NCBI GenBank assembly: GCA_048884965.1
Contig: JBHLQH010000016.1
Span: 14,465 to 78,464, forward strand
Origin: Candidatus Thorarchaeota archaeon
Lineage (GTDB): Archaea; Asgardarchaeota; Thorarchaeia; Thorarchaeales; Thorarchaeaceae
Length of the DNA stretch: 64,000 nucleotides
Reading direction: 5' to 3'
Shown: piece by piece, positions 9,066 through 18,290 of the stretch
Layout of the letters: each line of letters starts with the position of its first letter
How positions within the stretch are numbered: the first letter of the stretch is position 1
The notes under the pieces: model-generated
The model's input: the letters and a program-made list of their open reading frames with translations, nothing else
Database searches by the model: none
Told to the model about the DNA's origin: nothing
Program-made: the position numbers and the translations under genes

Positions 9066-10517
9066 GTGGTGTATGGTATGGATGCTGAAGAGCTACTGAA
9101 AAAGTATGGTTCAAAGATTGATAGACTATACGATACAGTAGCATCAGTGGATGTTTTCGAACGCCAATTCGGAGCTGAGCTGACCTCCTGGGAGCTTCAA
9201 CTCCAGAGGCAGTTCCAAGAGAAGAGAACAGGTAGAAACCTGCACTACAGAGGCTTTGTACATTTCACAAGAAACCCATCTGTTATCCTTCTAAGCCCAA
9301 GCCCTTGGATGATAGAGGGTACTTTCATTTATTTTCAACAGGACAAGGAGATTCCACCCGACGGAGCGTACATCGAAGTAATAGGACCGTCAATTGTTAT
9401 TCCTCGTGTTCTTGAAAGGACCCAACAGTTCGTTAGAGCGATTAATGCAGAAGATGTTCAAGTAATAGCTCACGACCTAGCAGCACAAGTAACAGCTCCA
9501 CCCAGGCTAAGGGATCTGACATCAATGCTATTCGAGAATGTAGGAATGGCCAATGCAAGCAAAAGGGTCTTTGGTCAGCTGTACGTTTCCAGCCCGCCAA
9601 CATTAGAAACGATTGGTGGACTTACTGCAGGAATCCAAGCAATTGCCTCTGAAAAGCAAATCAAGAAACTCTTCCGGTTTATGGGAGGTGTTCTACCTCC
9701 ATCTATGCGCTCAAGCAAGAGAACTCGAAAGAATGTCCAGGGGGTACTTGTGGACACTCCCAAGTTATGGCGAATGGAATCAGGTTCAGTTAGTCAATCC
9801 AAGATGGAAACGTTGTGCGTCAAGCGAAGAGACCCTGCTGGATTCAGAGAAGTTTCTCTGGCTGCTCTTACAGAGGAATCTACTGGAACCATGCCAGACA
9901 TTCCAATCGCTCTGGCGACAGAAGATTTCTGGATTGAGAGTGGAAATCCTGCAAGCTATCGATTGCCGATCATAAAAGCAGCCATCACATACCAGCTTAT
10001 CTCACCTGAGGTTAGTAAACGAAGTATTGATTCGGGAATATCATACATTGAAGAACGACTTGAAACGTTACGAAATAGCTTTGGACTTGAGGAGAAATCA
10101 CTGGCACGCGGTCGTATATTAGATGCGGATGTAATGGGCAAGCCGCTCAGTGCAGTCAAACTAGCCCGTGCATCCGCGAGGGCTGCATGGGTAACAAAAG
10201 TAGCTTCAAAGGATATCAAGAAAGCATGGGATAAGATTCTTGAGCCAGCATTGAAGGAATATATCGAGATTGCAGAGATAAAAGAAGGAGCTTCATCCCA
10301 GTGGGGCAAAGAAACCCGTTTAGACAACTATAACACCAAAGTGCTTCGGGCTCTCCAAAAATTGGATTCTGGAAAGAAGGGCAGCCCCGGTCCCACACTT
10401 GATGAGATTGCCCAAGAAGCGGGTGTGGAGAAGCACGAGGTCGCCCAGACTCTCCATCAGATGAAAGATGACGGAATCGTGTATGAGCCACGATTAGGTC
10501 ATTATCGATTGGTCTAG
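9066..10517 (+). CDS. Degenerate MCM-like protein (OB-like region, inactive AAA+ core, lid, C-terminal winged helix)
   Basis: MCM-like lid (KPLSAVKLARASARAAWVTKVASKDIKKAW) and MCM-type terminal WH (GIVYEPRLGHYRLV); no Walker A or B; start may be ATG 9078. Confidence 0.6.
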   Translation: MVYGMDAEELLKKYGSKIDRLYDTVASVDVFERQFGAELTSWELQLQRQFQEKRTGRNLHYRGFVHFTRNPSVILLSPSPWMIEGTFIYFQQDKEIPPDGAYIEVIGPSIVIPRVLERTQQFVRAINAEDVQVIAHDLAAQVTAPPRLRDLTSMLFENVGMANASKRVFGQLYVSSPPTLETIGGLTAGIQAIASEKQIKKLFRFMGGVLPPSMRSSKRTRKNVQGVLVDTPKLWRMESGSVSQSKMETLCVKRRDPAGFREVSLAALTEESTGTMPDIPIALATEDFWIESGNPASYRLPIIKAAITYQLISPEVSKRSIDSGISYIEERLETLRNSFGLEEKSLARGRILDADVMGKPLSAVKLARASARAAWVTKVASKDIKKAWDKILEPALKEYIEIAEIKEGASSQWGKETRLDNYNTKVLRALQKLDSGKKGSPGPTLDEIAQEAGVEKHEVAQTLHQMKDDGIVYEPRLGHYRLV

Positions 10518-10520
10518 TAT

Positions 10521-11117
10521 CTACGCAAAGCCTTTCCAGAACTCGTCAGGTTCTTGGCCTTCTTCTATGAGTTCGATCTCTTGTACTCCAACACGTTCAG
10601 CATCATATCTTCTGGCTATCATCGTACCATCAAATTTCTCACGGGCACTTGCGCCTTTTCCACGCCAGACAAAGATGTCCTCCCAAGTATCTAGTACAAA
10701 GACATCATCACTCTTCAAGGAAGACCTCTCAAGAGGGACTTCTGCAAAGAAGGTTTCATCACCTTCATGGTGAACACGCCAAAGCTTGAACTCGTGGGTT
10801 TCTAGATGCACCTTCTTCAAGATACCCTCAGTATCCTCATCAGTGAGGCGGAAGTCGTCAAATAATGCTTTGAATGCCTCTGGTTCCTGTCCACCATCAA
10901 TATGATCAATGTCAGCATGTCCTTTTCGTGCGGTATCCTTGAAAACAGCTTCTGCCGCAGCAAGGAATTTCTCGTCAACAGAGCTATTCGGTCCTATCCA
11001 GATGTATATCTTGACACCTGCATCGACCAAGTAGCAGTCTCCTCTACCAAAGGCACCGGGATCCTTCATCTTGACTAGGTTGCCTTTTTGGATATGAAAT
11101 ACGACTGGTTCAGCCAT
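10521..11117 (-). CDS. Two-domain gelsolin-family protein (Asgard 2DGel-like)
   Basis: Two gelsolin repeats: GDCYLVD..IYIWIG.NSS.DEK..GQEP..F and LKSDDVFVLD..IFVWRG..AS..EK..EGQEPDEFW. Confidence 0.9.
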   Translation of the reverse strand: MAEPVVFHIQKGNLVKMKDPGAFGRGDCYLVDAGVKIYIWIGPNSSVDEKFLAAAEAVFKDTARKGHADIDHIDGGQEPEAFKALFDDFRLTDEDTEGILKKVHLETHEFKLWRVHHEGDETFFAEVPLERSSLKSDDVFVLDTWEDIFVWRGKGASAREKFDGTMIARRYDAERVGVQEIELIEEGQEPDEFWKGFA

Positions 11118-11255
11118 TGTTAATTCTCCTCGGATTTGTAACTCTACATTCGTGTATAAATGAAAGTCCGATGGAATCTATTCTTGTATTGAGGGAGAGA
11201 GTCTTAAGTAGAATGTCTAGATTAAGAATGAGTATGAATTATTGAGGATGCGAAG

Positions 11256-12062
11256 GTGCCCGAACTCCCTGAGTTAGAATCAATTGCCTCCAAACTTTCA
11301 GAGAGTCTTATTGGTGCGACAATCACAGAAGCGAAAGTCTACAACCATATCATACTATATGGCGCAACTGTAGATGAATTTGAACGGGGAACGGCGAATT
11401 GCTCCTTCAGAGCATTTCGAGCAGATGGGAAGTTCCTGATAATTTCTCTTTCAAATGATATCGAGATTGTCATCAATCCAATGCTAACAGGAAGGATCAG
11501 ATTGGCGAGGATTCCTCGAAAACCCATCAAGGAGGATGCGATCTCTCTTACTATTGACGAGAGGTCTCTATGGTACAGCGATAGGAAACAAATGGGTAGA
11601 GTCTATCTTGTTAGGGATCAAGACTACTCGCAGGTTGCTGATTTTGCAGATAGGGGACCATCAGCGTTGGATCCGAATCTGACACTGGATATCTTCAAAC
11701 AGAGGATTCGCAAGCATAATGGGCAGATCAAGAATGTCTTGCGAAACCAGAGATTCGTAAAGGGTATTGGCAATGCATATGCAGATGAGATCCTGCTGTT
11801 TGCTGGAATCCTACCTTTTCGAAATAGATCCTCACTATCTAAAGAAGAAATCGAAAAGCTATACGAGTCTATGAGAAAGATCCTTAGCAAGTTCAAGGAG
11901 ATCCTGATGAAGCGACCAATCAATGAGATAGCATTAGAGAAACGGGATTTCCTCATGATTCATGGCAAACATAAGGGAGTATGTCCCCTCTGCGGAAACA
12001 GGGTCTCTGAGGTGACAGCAAACCGCTTCAAGACCAATTTCTGCCAGACTTGCCAGAAATAG
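11256..12062 (+). CDS. mutM: Fpg/Nei family DNA glycosylase/AP lyase
   Basis: N-terminal PELPE, GK..I, H2TH motif GIGNAYADEIL, C-terminal CPLC..CQTCQ zinc finger. Confidence 0.9.
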   Translation: MPELPELESIASKLSESLIGATITEAKVYNHIILYGATVDEFERGTANCSFRAFRADGKFLIISLSNDIEIVINPMLTGRIRLARIPRKPIKEDAISLTIDERSLWYSDRKQMGRVYLVRDQDYSQVADFADRGPSALDPNLTLDIFKQRIRKHNGQIKNVLRNQRFVKGIGNAYADEILLFAGILPFRNRSSLSKEEIEKLYESMRKILSKFKEILMKRPINEIALEKRDFLMIHGKHKGVCPLCGNRVSEVTANRFKTNFCQTCQK

Positions 12063-12133
12063 CACTTCGATATACTAATGAGTACGAAGGATACTCATCT
12101 GAGTGCTATACAGACAACGGGAGAGATCTTGCG

Positions 12134-13309
12134 ATGGACCAATGGGAGAAGGATTTCCTGAAAGATATTGTAAAGTACGACACGAACAGCGATGAGAAGA
12201 AGAACTATCTCGAGTGCTCGAAGGAGATCGAGAGGCGTTGCAAAGAGGCCGGCTTGCAGGTAGAGGTCTTCGACTCTAACCATGACGGAAAGCCGCAGCC
12301 AAATGTTGTCGCGACCCTAGATGTAGGTGCAAAGAAGACCGTCTTACTATGCACACACTATGATATTGTACCAGCAGGCGAAATAGATGCATGGAAGTAC
12401 CCGCCTTTCGATACCACCATCAAAGGCGACAAGATATACGGGAGAGGTGTCACAGATAACAAAGGTAACGTAGTAGCTTGTGTTGCGGCCGCGAAAGAAT
12501 TGATTGCAAAGGATACCTCAAAGGTCAATCTCAAGATCCTCATTAGTCCTAACGAGGAGATAGGTGGAGTCTGGGGTATAGACTACCTCATGAACGGACC
12601 TCCAAAGATCCGAGGAGACTTTGCACTCGTTGTTGATTCTAGTCCAACCTATGTGAGCATCGGGGCAAGTGGCGTCATTGCAGGCACCATGACAATTCAC
12701 GGAACTCAGGGACATGCAGGCTATCCCTTCAAGTTCGCTAATGCTATCCATCTTTCCATTCCATTCCTTCAGGTAATGCTTGATTATATTGATATCCGTC
12801 GAAAGGTCGAGTCTGAATACCCTGCACCTGCAGGAAGCCCTCACCAAACCCTCTGGGGAAGGTTCTCCATGACAGTCTATGAAGCTGGAAGCAAGACCAA
12901 TACCATTCCAGGAAAAGCAAGAATCTCCTTTGATTGTAGGACCATACCAGAAGAGAATGTGGAAGATGTAGCGAAGAACCTTGCTGAGTTCTTCGAGAGA
13001 GCAAAGGAAGAAACAGGAGTGGAAGCCTCATTGGAGTTCAAGACCAAGCATGGAGGATGGGGGTCCAATCCCGAGAACCAGTTCATCAAATCGTTCCATA
13101 CTGCAGCAAATGAGGTTTCGGAGAAAGAGATTCCACTTTCAGCAGACCTTGGAGGAAATGATGGGGGCTATTTCACCTCTCATGACATTCCTACAGCGTG
13201 TTTTGGCACGATTGCAGATGATAGTAACTTCCATGGAATAGATGAGTGGCTGTCAATCAAGGATTATGAGAGGGTCAAGAACGCGATTATACACTTCGCA
13301 GAGATGTGA
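12134..13309 (+). CDS. M20/ArgE/DapE family metallopeptidase
   Basis: HYDIVP, GRGVTDNKG, EEIGG, GH, HGIDE; start moved to ATG 12134. Confidence 0.9.
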   Translation: MDQWEKDFLKDIVKYDTNSDEKKNYLECSKEIERRCKEAGLQVEVFDSNHDGKPQPNVVATLDVGAKKTVLLCTHYDIVPAGEIDAWKYPPFDTTIKGDKIYGRGVTDNKGNVVACVAAAKELIAKDTSKVNLKILISPNEEIGGVWGIDYLMNGPPKIRGDFALVVDSSPTYVSIGASGVIAGTMTIHGTQGHAGYPFKFANAIHLSIPFLQVMLDYIDIRRKVESEYPAPAGSPHQTLWGRFSMTVYEAGSKTNTIPGKARISFDCRTIPEENVEDVAKNLAEFFERAKEETGVEASLEFKTKHGGWGSNPENQFIKSFHTAANEVSEKEIPLSADLGGNDGGYFTSHDIPTACFGTIADDSNFHGIDEWLSIKDYERVKNAIIHFAEM

Positions 13310-14439
13310 GGAAAATGACTGATATACATGACCTTGAGATAGGAGCACCCGGGCCGTTCCTCCCGCCATGGGATAGTGTAGAGAAGAATGCAAGAACCAT
13401 CGACTCCTTGGGCTATGATAGCATGGCGTTTCCAGATCACTTTGCAGGATTCATCCCCGAGAGCATCTGGACACCCGATGTCACACCTATGGCATTCATC
13501 CAGCAATCCCCGCATACATATTTTGAACTGAGTTCCATCATGGCTGCGTGTGCAGTCGTCACTGAACATGTCAAGCTAATATCCGCGGTCACAGAACCAC
13601 TTCGAAGACATCCCATACTTCTTGCGCAGACCTTCTTGACGTTGGATCATATCAGTAGAGGAAGAACGATACTGGGCATTGGAGCAGGTGAGATCGAGAA
13701 TGTCGAACCCTATGGTCTCAAATACTCAGCTCAGGTTGGTAAACTCCGTGAAGCACTAGATATCATTAAGAAAGTCTGGAATACTCACGAGCCCTTTAGC
13801 TATGATGGAAAATATTGGAAACTAAAGGATGCAGTCATGTCACTTCGTCCTGCCGTACAGGATACTCCCCCACCAATCTGGATCGCTGCCCATGGTCCGA
13901 AGATGCTAGAGATTACTGCAGAATATGGTGATGGGTGGATCCCAACGCTCCTGCAACCAAATGATTTCAGAGAGAAACTCAGTACGATAGAAAATCATAG
14001 GAAGAAACTGGGCAAGGAAGGTAAGTTCACAGCAGCGCTTTGGAACTGGGTTATCTTGGATGAGGATATGAACGAGTGCGAGAGGATGATGCGAACACCA
14101 CTTGCAAAGGCTTTCGCACTACTTTATCCTGCTGCGGAATGGAAGAAGCTAGGTCATGACCATCCCTTCGGGTCAGAATTCTATAGTCTGCGAGATTATG
14201 TCCCTATGAGATATGACCGTCAAACTGTAATGGAAGCCATTGAGAACGTGCCTGATGAGGTTCTTAGAGAGTTCTATATGCTTGGGGATGGAGAAACCAT
14301 CATCAAGAGCTTGGAGAAATATACCACAGCAGGATTGGACCACATGATTCTTTGGAATTCCACTGGTATGTTTGATTTGGAGAAAACGAGAGATTCATTC
14401 AAGATAATGAAAGAGGTCCTTGGTTATGTCAAAGGATAG
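13306..14439 (+). CDS. LLM-class (probably F420-dependent) oxidoreductase
   Basis: PDH, TLDHISRGRTILGIGAG, PPIWIAAHGPKML..YGDGW. Confidence 0.9.
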   Translation: MRKMTDIHDLEIGAPGPFLPPWDSVEKNARTIDSLGYDSMAFPDHFAGFIPESIWTPDVTPMAFIQQSPHTYFELSSIMAACAVVTEHVKLISAVTEPLRRHPILLAQTFLTLDHISRGRTILGIGAGEIENVEPYGLKYSAQVGKLREALDIIKKVWNTHEPFSYDGKYWKLKDAVMSLRPAVQDTPPPIWIAAHGPKMLEITAEYGDGWIPTLLQPNDFREKLSTIENHRKKLGKEGKFTAALWNWVILDEDMNECERMMRTPLAKAFALLYPAAEWKKLGHDHPFGSEFYSLRDYVPMRYDRQTVMEAIENVPDEVLREFYMLGDGETIIKSLEKYTTAGLDHMILWNSTGMFDLEKTRDSFKIMKEVLGYVKG

Positions 14440-14989
14440 AGTTGTATTAGTAACCCAGAACAAGCACAAGCTCAGGGAATTGAAACCATTGTTCGAGGAG
14501 TTTGATGTGGAGTTTGACACAATCTCGATAGAGAAATGGGAAGTTCGCTCCAATGATGTAGAGACTGTAGCTCTGGAAGCTGCAAAGTATGCCCAAGCAG
14601 AATTGAAGAAACCTGTAGTAGTTGATGATACAGGCCTGTACATAGATGCTCTTGAAGGATTCCCAATGGCATATCCTTCATTCGTTCTGGAAACCATTGG
14701 GAAGAAAGGTATCCTAAAGCTTATGGAGGGCGTCGAAGATAGAGCAGCAATGTTTGTCAGCGCAGTCGGATTCTGCGATGGGACTACTATGCGTGCCTTC
14801 AAGGGAGTGATGAATGGAACGATTGGTTTCGAGGAGTTGGGAGAAGAAGGGTTTGGCTATGACCCGATTTTTATTCCTGAGGGGTATACAAATACCTATG
14901 CGCAGCTGACATTCGAAGAGAAGATTACAATCTCTCATAGATCAAAAGCATTCAGGTCGTTCCTCGAATGGTATAGTCAGAAAAATTGA
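14420..14989 (+). CDS. rdgB: Ham1/RdgB non-canonical purine NTP pyrophosphatase
   Basis: TQNKHK, DDTGL, GFGYDPIF, SHRSKA; ATG 14426 is the likely start. Confidence 0.95.
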   Translation: MVMSKDRVVLVTQNKHKLRELKPLFEEFDVEFDTISIEKWEVRSNDVETVALEAAKYAQAELKKPVVVDDTGLYIDALEGFPMAYPSFVLETIGKKGILKLMEGVEDRAAMFVSAVGFCDGTTMRAFKGVMNGTIGFEELGEEGFGYDPIFIPEGYTNTYAQLTFEEKITISHRSKAFRSFLEWYSQKN

Positions 14990-15022
14990 TAATGGTCGAT
15001 TCCTGATTTACCACTCATCAGG

Positions 15023-15811
15023 GTGGTGTTTTTCCTGTCCGTTAGTGAGTCGACGTTAAAAGCGCTGAAGGAAATGGGGCTGACTGAGTATGAGGTTCAA
15101 GCCTATGTTGTCTTGGTAGATGGTGGACAGATGGCTGCCTCAGACATCAGCTCGAAATCTGGAGTGCCATTCTCAAGGGTCTACGATGTCCTAGGGAGAC
15201 TGGAAGAGAAAGGCTTCATCATCATCCAACGTGGCCGGCCCACTATGTACGTCGCGAAAGCACCCACAGAGATTGTTCGGTTAGTGAAGCTCGCATGGGA
15301 AGAGAGAATCGAACGCGCAAGTAGATCTGTAGTTGAGGAGCTTCAACCACGGTACGAGCAGGAAGTACCTGCGACATCCCGCGACGTTTGGCTATTGCAT
15401 GGACGCCCTAACATTCTAGCAAAGGCATTAGAGATGCTTGAAGGAGCAAGAGAGGAGATTCTTCTCAGTCTTCCAACGCTTGATATGAGTGCCTATGCTG
15501 CAGAAGAGGAAGTAGAGGATCTTACTGCAATTGTCGAATCTGTGCTAAGACACAAGGTTGCGAAAGTCTATGTCTTGACTTCTTCGGTCCCAGAGGAATT
15601 GAAGGACATGATACCAGCCTCAGTAGTGGTACGCACTCGTCCCGCGTTCGGTGCTGGCCTTGTAATTGATCGACGTGATGTACTCATCATGCTGGCAGGG
15701 AACGGTTCGAATGGTGATTTTCTGGGAGTCTTCAGCTCAGCACCGGTCTTTGCCGCGATGGCTTCAAGCTATTTCGATACACTGTGGAAGGAAAGCAAGC
15801 CAATATCATAG
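15023..15811 (+). CDS. TrmB family transcriptional regulator
   Basis: GLTEYEVQAY..SGVPFSRVYDVL..LEEKG..GRP, followed by an effector-type domain. Confidence 0.9.
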   Translation: MVFFLSVSESTLKALKEMGLTEYEVQAYVVLVDGGQMAASDISSKSGVPFSRVYDVLGRLEEKGFIIIQRGRPTMYVAKAPTEIVRLVKLAWEERIERASRSVVEELQPRYEQEVPATSRDVWLLHGRPNILAKALEMLEGAREEILLSLPTLDMSAYAAEEEVEDLTAIVESVLRHKVAKVYVLTSSVPEELKDMIPASVVVRTRPAFGAGLVIDRRDVLIMLAGNGSNGDFLGVFSSAPVFAAMASSYFDTLWKESKPIS

Positions 15812-15901
15812 AGATGCAGCTGACTCAACAAAAAGTGGCAGGTTAAATTCAATGTCGGGGCACCATTCTATGTATTACTAACACTATTTTGGAGTGTTGA
15901 T

Positions 15902-17305
15902 GTGGTGACTACTGTAAAAGAGGATGCTGATGCTTCGATGACTGAGTCAAAGGATCCTGCATTTTGGGAGAAATTGTCACACTCAGCAAAAGCAGTGCTG
16001 AAGACTCTCAAGCAGTTGGAAGACAATCAGAACCTCGACCTCTTCCAACCAGGCCCCGAATTCTTCGAATTGAAGAAGATTGTCGCTACGTATCGAGGGG
16101 GTTGCTATTCAGCAGTCACACGTAGACTTGATCGTATCGTATCAAAAGGCGGTGTCGATATCATAACCAGCTCTGACCTGATGTCCATCATCAGAGACCT
16201 ATGGAATAGGAACATAAGCCGTTTAACCGAAACCGAACTCAAGGTTCTCGAAGGTGTATTGAAGAACCCTGAGATGAGCATGAACGACCTTTCAACGAAG
16301 GTTGGATTGAGCTACTCAAGGACAAGAAGAGCCATAGAACAGCTGCGAGCGACAGGGATACTGAAACGTCAAGGACGACCCGATGCGGCGCTCCTAGGAT
16401 TGGATCGCATTCTGATTATCAGTGAGAATCCATCTGGTATTTTGGGAAGCCCATACTTCACACGATTCTTGTATTCAGATGGTGCTACACCAAGGGTATT
16501 CGTTAAGGGCTTGATCCCCAGCAGAAAACGTCAGGAATTTCTTCAAACAATTAGGACACTACGTTCTGTATCAGATTCTACCTCTGTCTGGGCACTTAGC
16601 TCAGGCGAACCTCGATTCTCGTTTTGCTATTATGATAAGGAAAAGAAGAAGTTTGAGTTTGATCCTCTTCACTTCAGACTTCTCTTGAGAGCGGGGGGAC
16701 AGGATCTTACAATCGGGTCATTCTCAATAGGTCAGATACGGTTTCCAAATCGATTCAATGCCTCAGAGATCAAGATCATAGAGAGTCTTCTTGATGACTT
16801 TGATATGACTGCACAGCAGCTTGTGGAACGGACCGGAATATCGGAGTCCACCGCTTTCAGAAGACGAGGAAAGGTTCTCAGTGAGCACATCATCAGACCT
16901 CGACCCAAGATCTCCATCCCGTCATTGAGTGATAGGGTACTTGGTATCTTCTCTGCAGATTCTGCTGGGAATATCATCAATGCATGGACGCAGCTACCCC
17001 TCTCTTATGTTTCTCAATTAACAAACATGGATGACCCGCGGAAAAAGAAGATCCTCTTCGCTACTGCATTACCTGCGGGTAGTGCAAGAGACCTAATCGA
17101 TGTGCTCTCCTCAGAGATGAGCCGCATTGATGATTATGAGGTCTACGAGATCTCGGCAGGCACCAGACAGAACTTACCAGTGGCTTCACTCTATGACACG
17201 AAAGCCAAGCAGTGGTCATTCAATTCTGCATTCTTTGATGTCAGAAATTATGGTATTTGCAGACGCGAAGCATCACGCTATGACATACCCTTGGACCTTG
17301 CCTAA
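15902..17305 (+). CDS. Protein with two tandem Lrp/AsnC-like wHTH modules
   Basis: Internal duplication: LTETELKVL..MSMNDLSTKVGLS and FNASEIKII..MTAQQLVERTGISES. Confidence 0.6.
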   Translation: MVTTVKEDADASMTESKDPAFWEKLSHSAKAVLKTLKQLEDNQNLDLFQPGPEFFELKKIVATYRGGCYSAVTRRLDRIVSKGGVDIITSSDLMSIIRDLWNRNISRLTETELKVLEGVLKNPEMSMNDLSTKVGLSYSRTRRAIEQLRATGILKRQGRPDAALLGLDRILIISENPSGILGSPYFTRFLYSDGATPRVFVKGLIPSRKRQEFLQTIRTLRSVSDSTSVWALSSGEPRFSFCYYDKEKKKFEFDPLHFRLLLRAGGQDLTIGSFSIGQIRFPNRFNASEIKIIESLLDDFDMTAQQLVERTGISESTAFRRRGKVLSEHIIRPRPKISIPSLSDRVLGIFSADSAGNIINAWTQLPLSYVSQLTNMDDPRKKKILFATALPAGSARDLIDVLSSEMSRIDDYEVYEISAGTRQNLPVASLYDTKAKQWSFNSAFFDVRNYGICRREASRYDIPLDLA

Positions 17306-17354
17306 GAACGGAAACCCATATGTGGTACTCTGTGAGTCAAATTGATGAGAACGC

Positions 17355-18290
17355 ATGGTCGAAGTCATTTTCCTAGGTTCAGGTGGTTCGATTCCAACAG
17401 AGGAGAGAAGACATCCTGCTATTTTGCTACGTCATGAAGCATACAATATCCTCTTCGATGCAGGCGAAGGAGTGCAGATGCGTATTGAGAAATATGGTGT
17501 GAATCGTAAGATGGCTATCTTTTGCAGTCACACTCACCCTGACCATACGATCGGAATCATCGGTCTCCTGCTCCGTTTCAGTCTGATGGGAAGACAGAAT
17601 CCGCTTGAGATTTACGGCCCAACTAACATTATTCCATGGGTCAAGTTTGCACAAGAGTCAATCCACCTAGGCACGACGTTTCCAACTACTGTGTACGGAA
17701 TCGAGAATGGTCATCTCTGGGAAGCTGCAAATGCTACGGTCCAAGCTTTCGATGTTTCCCATAGAGGACCTGCACTGGGGTATGCGTTTGAGTACAGACG
17801 GCTAACAGGCAAGTTCTTACCAGACAAAGCGGAGGAATTGGGAATACCAAAGGGGCAGCTCTGGGGTAAGTTAGCTGCAGGAGAGTCCATCATATTGGAT
17901 GATGGGAGAAAGATCACTCCAATGGATGTTACCTTACCTCCTCAACGGAGCTTGAAGATTGTGTATAGCGGAGACACTCGTCCGTGCGATAGTCTGAGAG
18001 AGGCTGCAAAGGATGCAGATATTCTAATCCATGAGGCAATGTATGCGGACAGTCATTCACAGCTTGCAGATGAAAGAGGTCACTCAACAGCAAGGCAAGC
18101 TGCTTCAATCGCCTCCGATGCAGGTGTGCGGCTCCTCGTCTTGACGCACTATAGTCCAAGATATGAGAATGGGAGTATCATTCTGGAGGAGGCGAAGGAG
18201 ATCTTCTCAAACACGATAGTCGCACAAGATATGATGAGTATCACACTCTCATATGACGGAGAGATGAAGGTGAAGCACCAGAAAGACTAG
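17355..18290 (+). CDS. rnz: Ribonuclease Z
   Basis: FLGSGG.IP, HTHPDH, flexible arm GIPKGQLWGKL, YSGDTRP, HEA, HST, THYSPRY. Confidence 0.95.
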   Translation: MVEVIFLGSGGSIPTEERRHPAILLRHEAYNILFDAGEGVQMRIEKYGVNRKMAIFCSHTHPDHTIGIIGLLLRFSLMGRQNPLEIYGPTNIIPWVKFAQESIHLGTTFPTTVYGIENGHLWEAANATVQAFDVSHRGPALGYAFEYRRLTGKFLPDKAEELGIPKGQLWGKLAAGESIILDDGRKITPMDVTLPPQRSLKIVYSGDTRPCDSLREAAKDADILIHEAMYADSHSQLADERGHSTARQAASIASDAGVRLLVLTHYSPRYENGSIILEEAKEIFSNTIVAQDMMSITLSYDGEMKVKHQKD

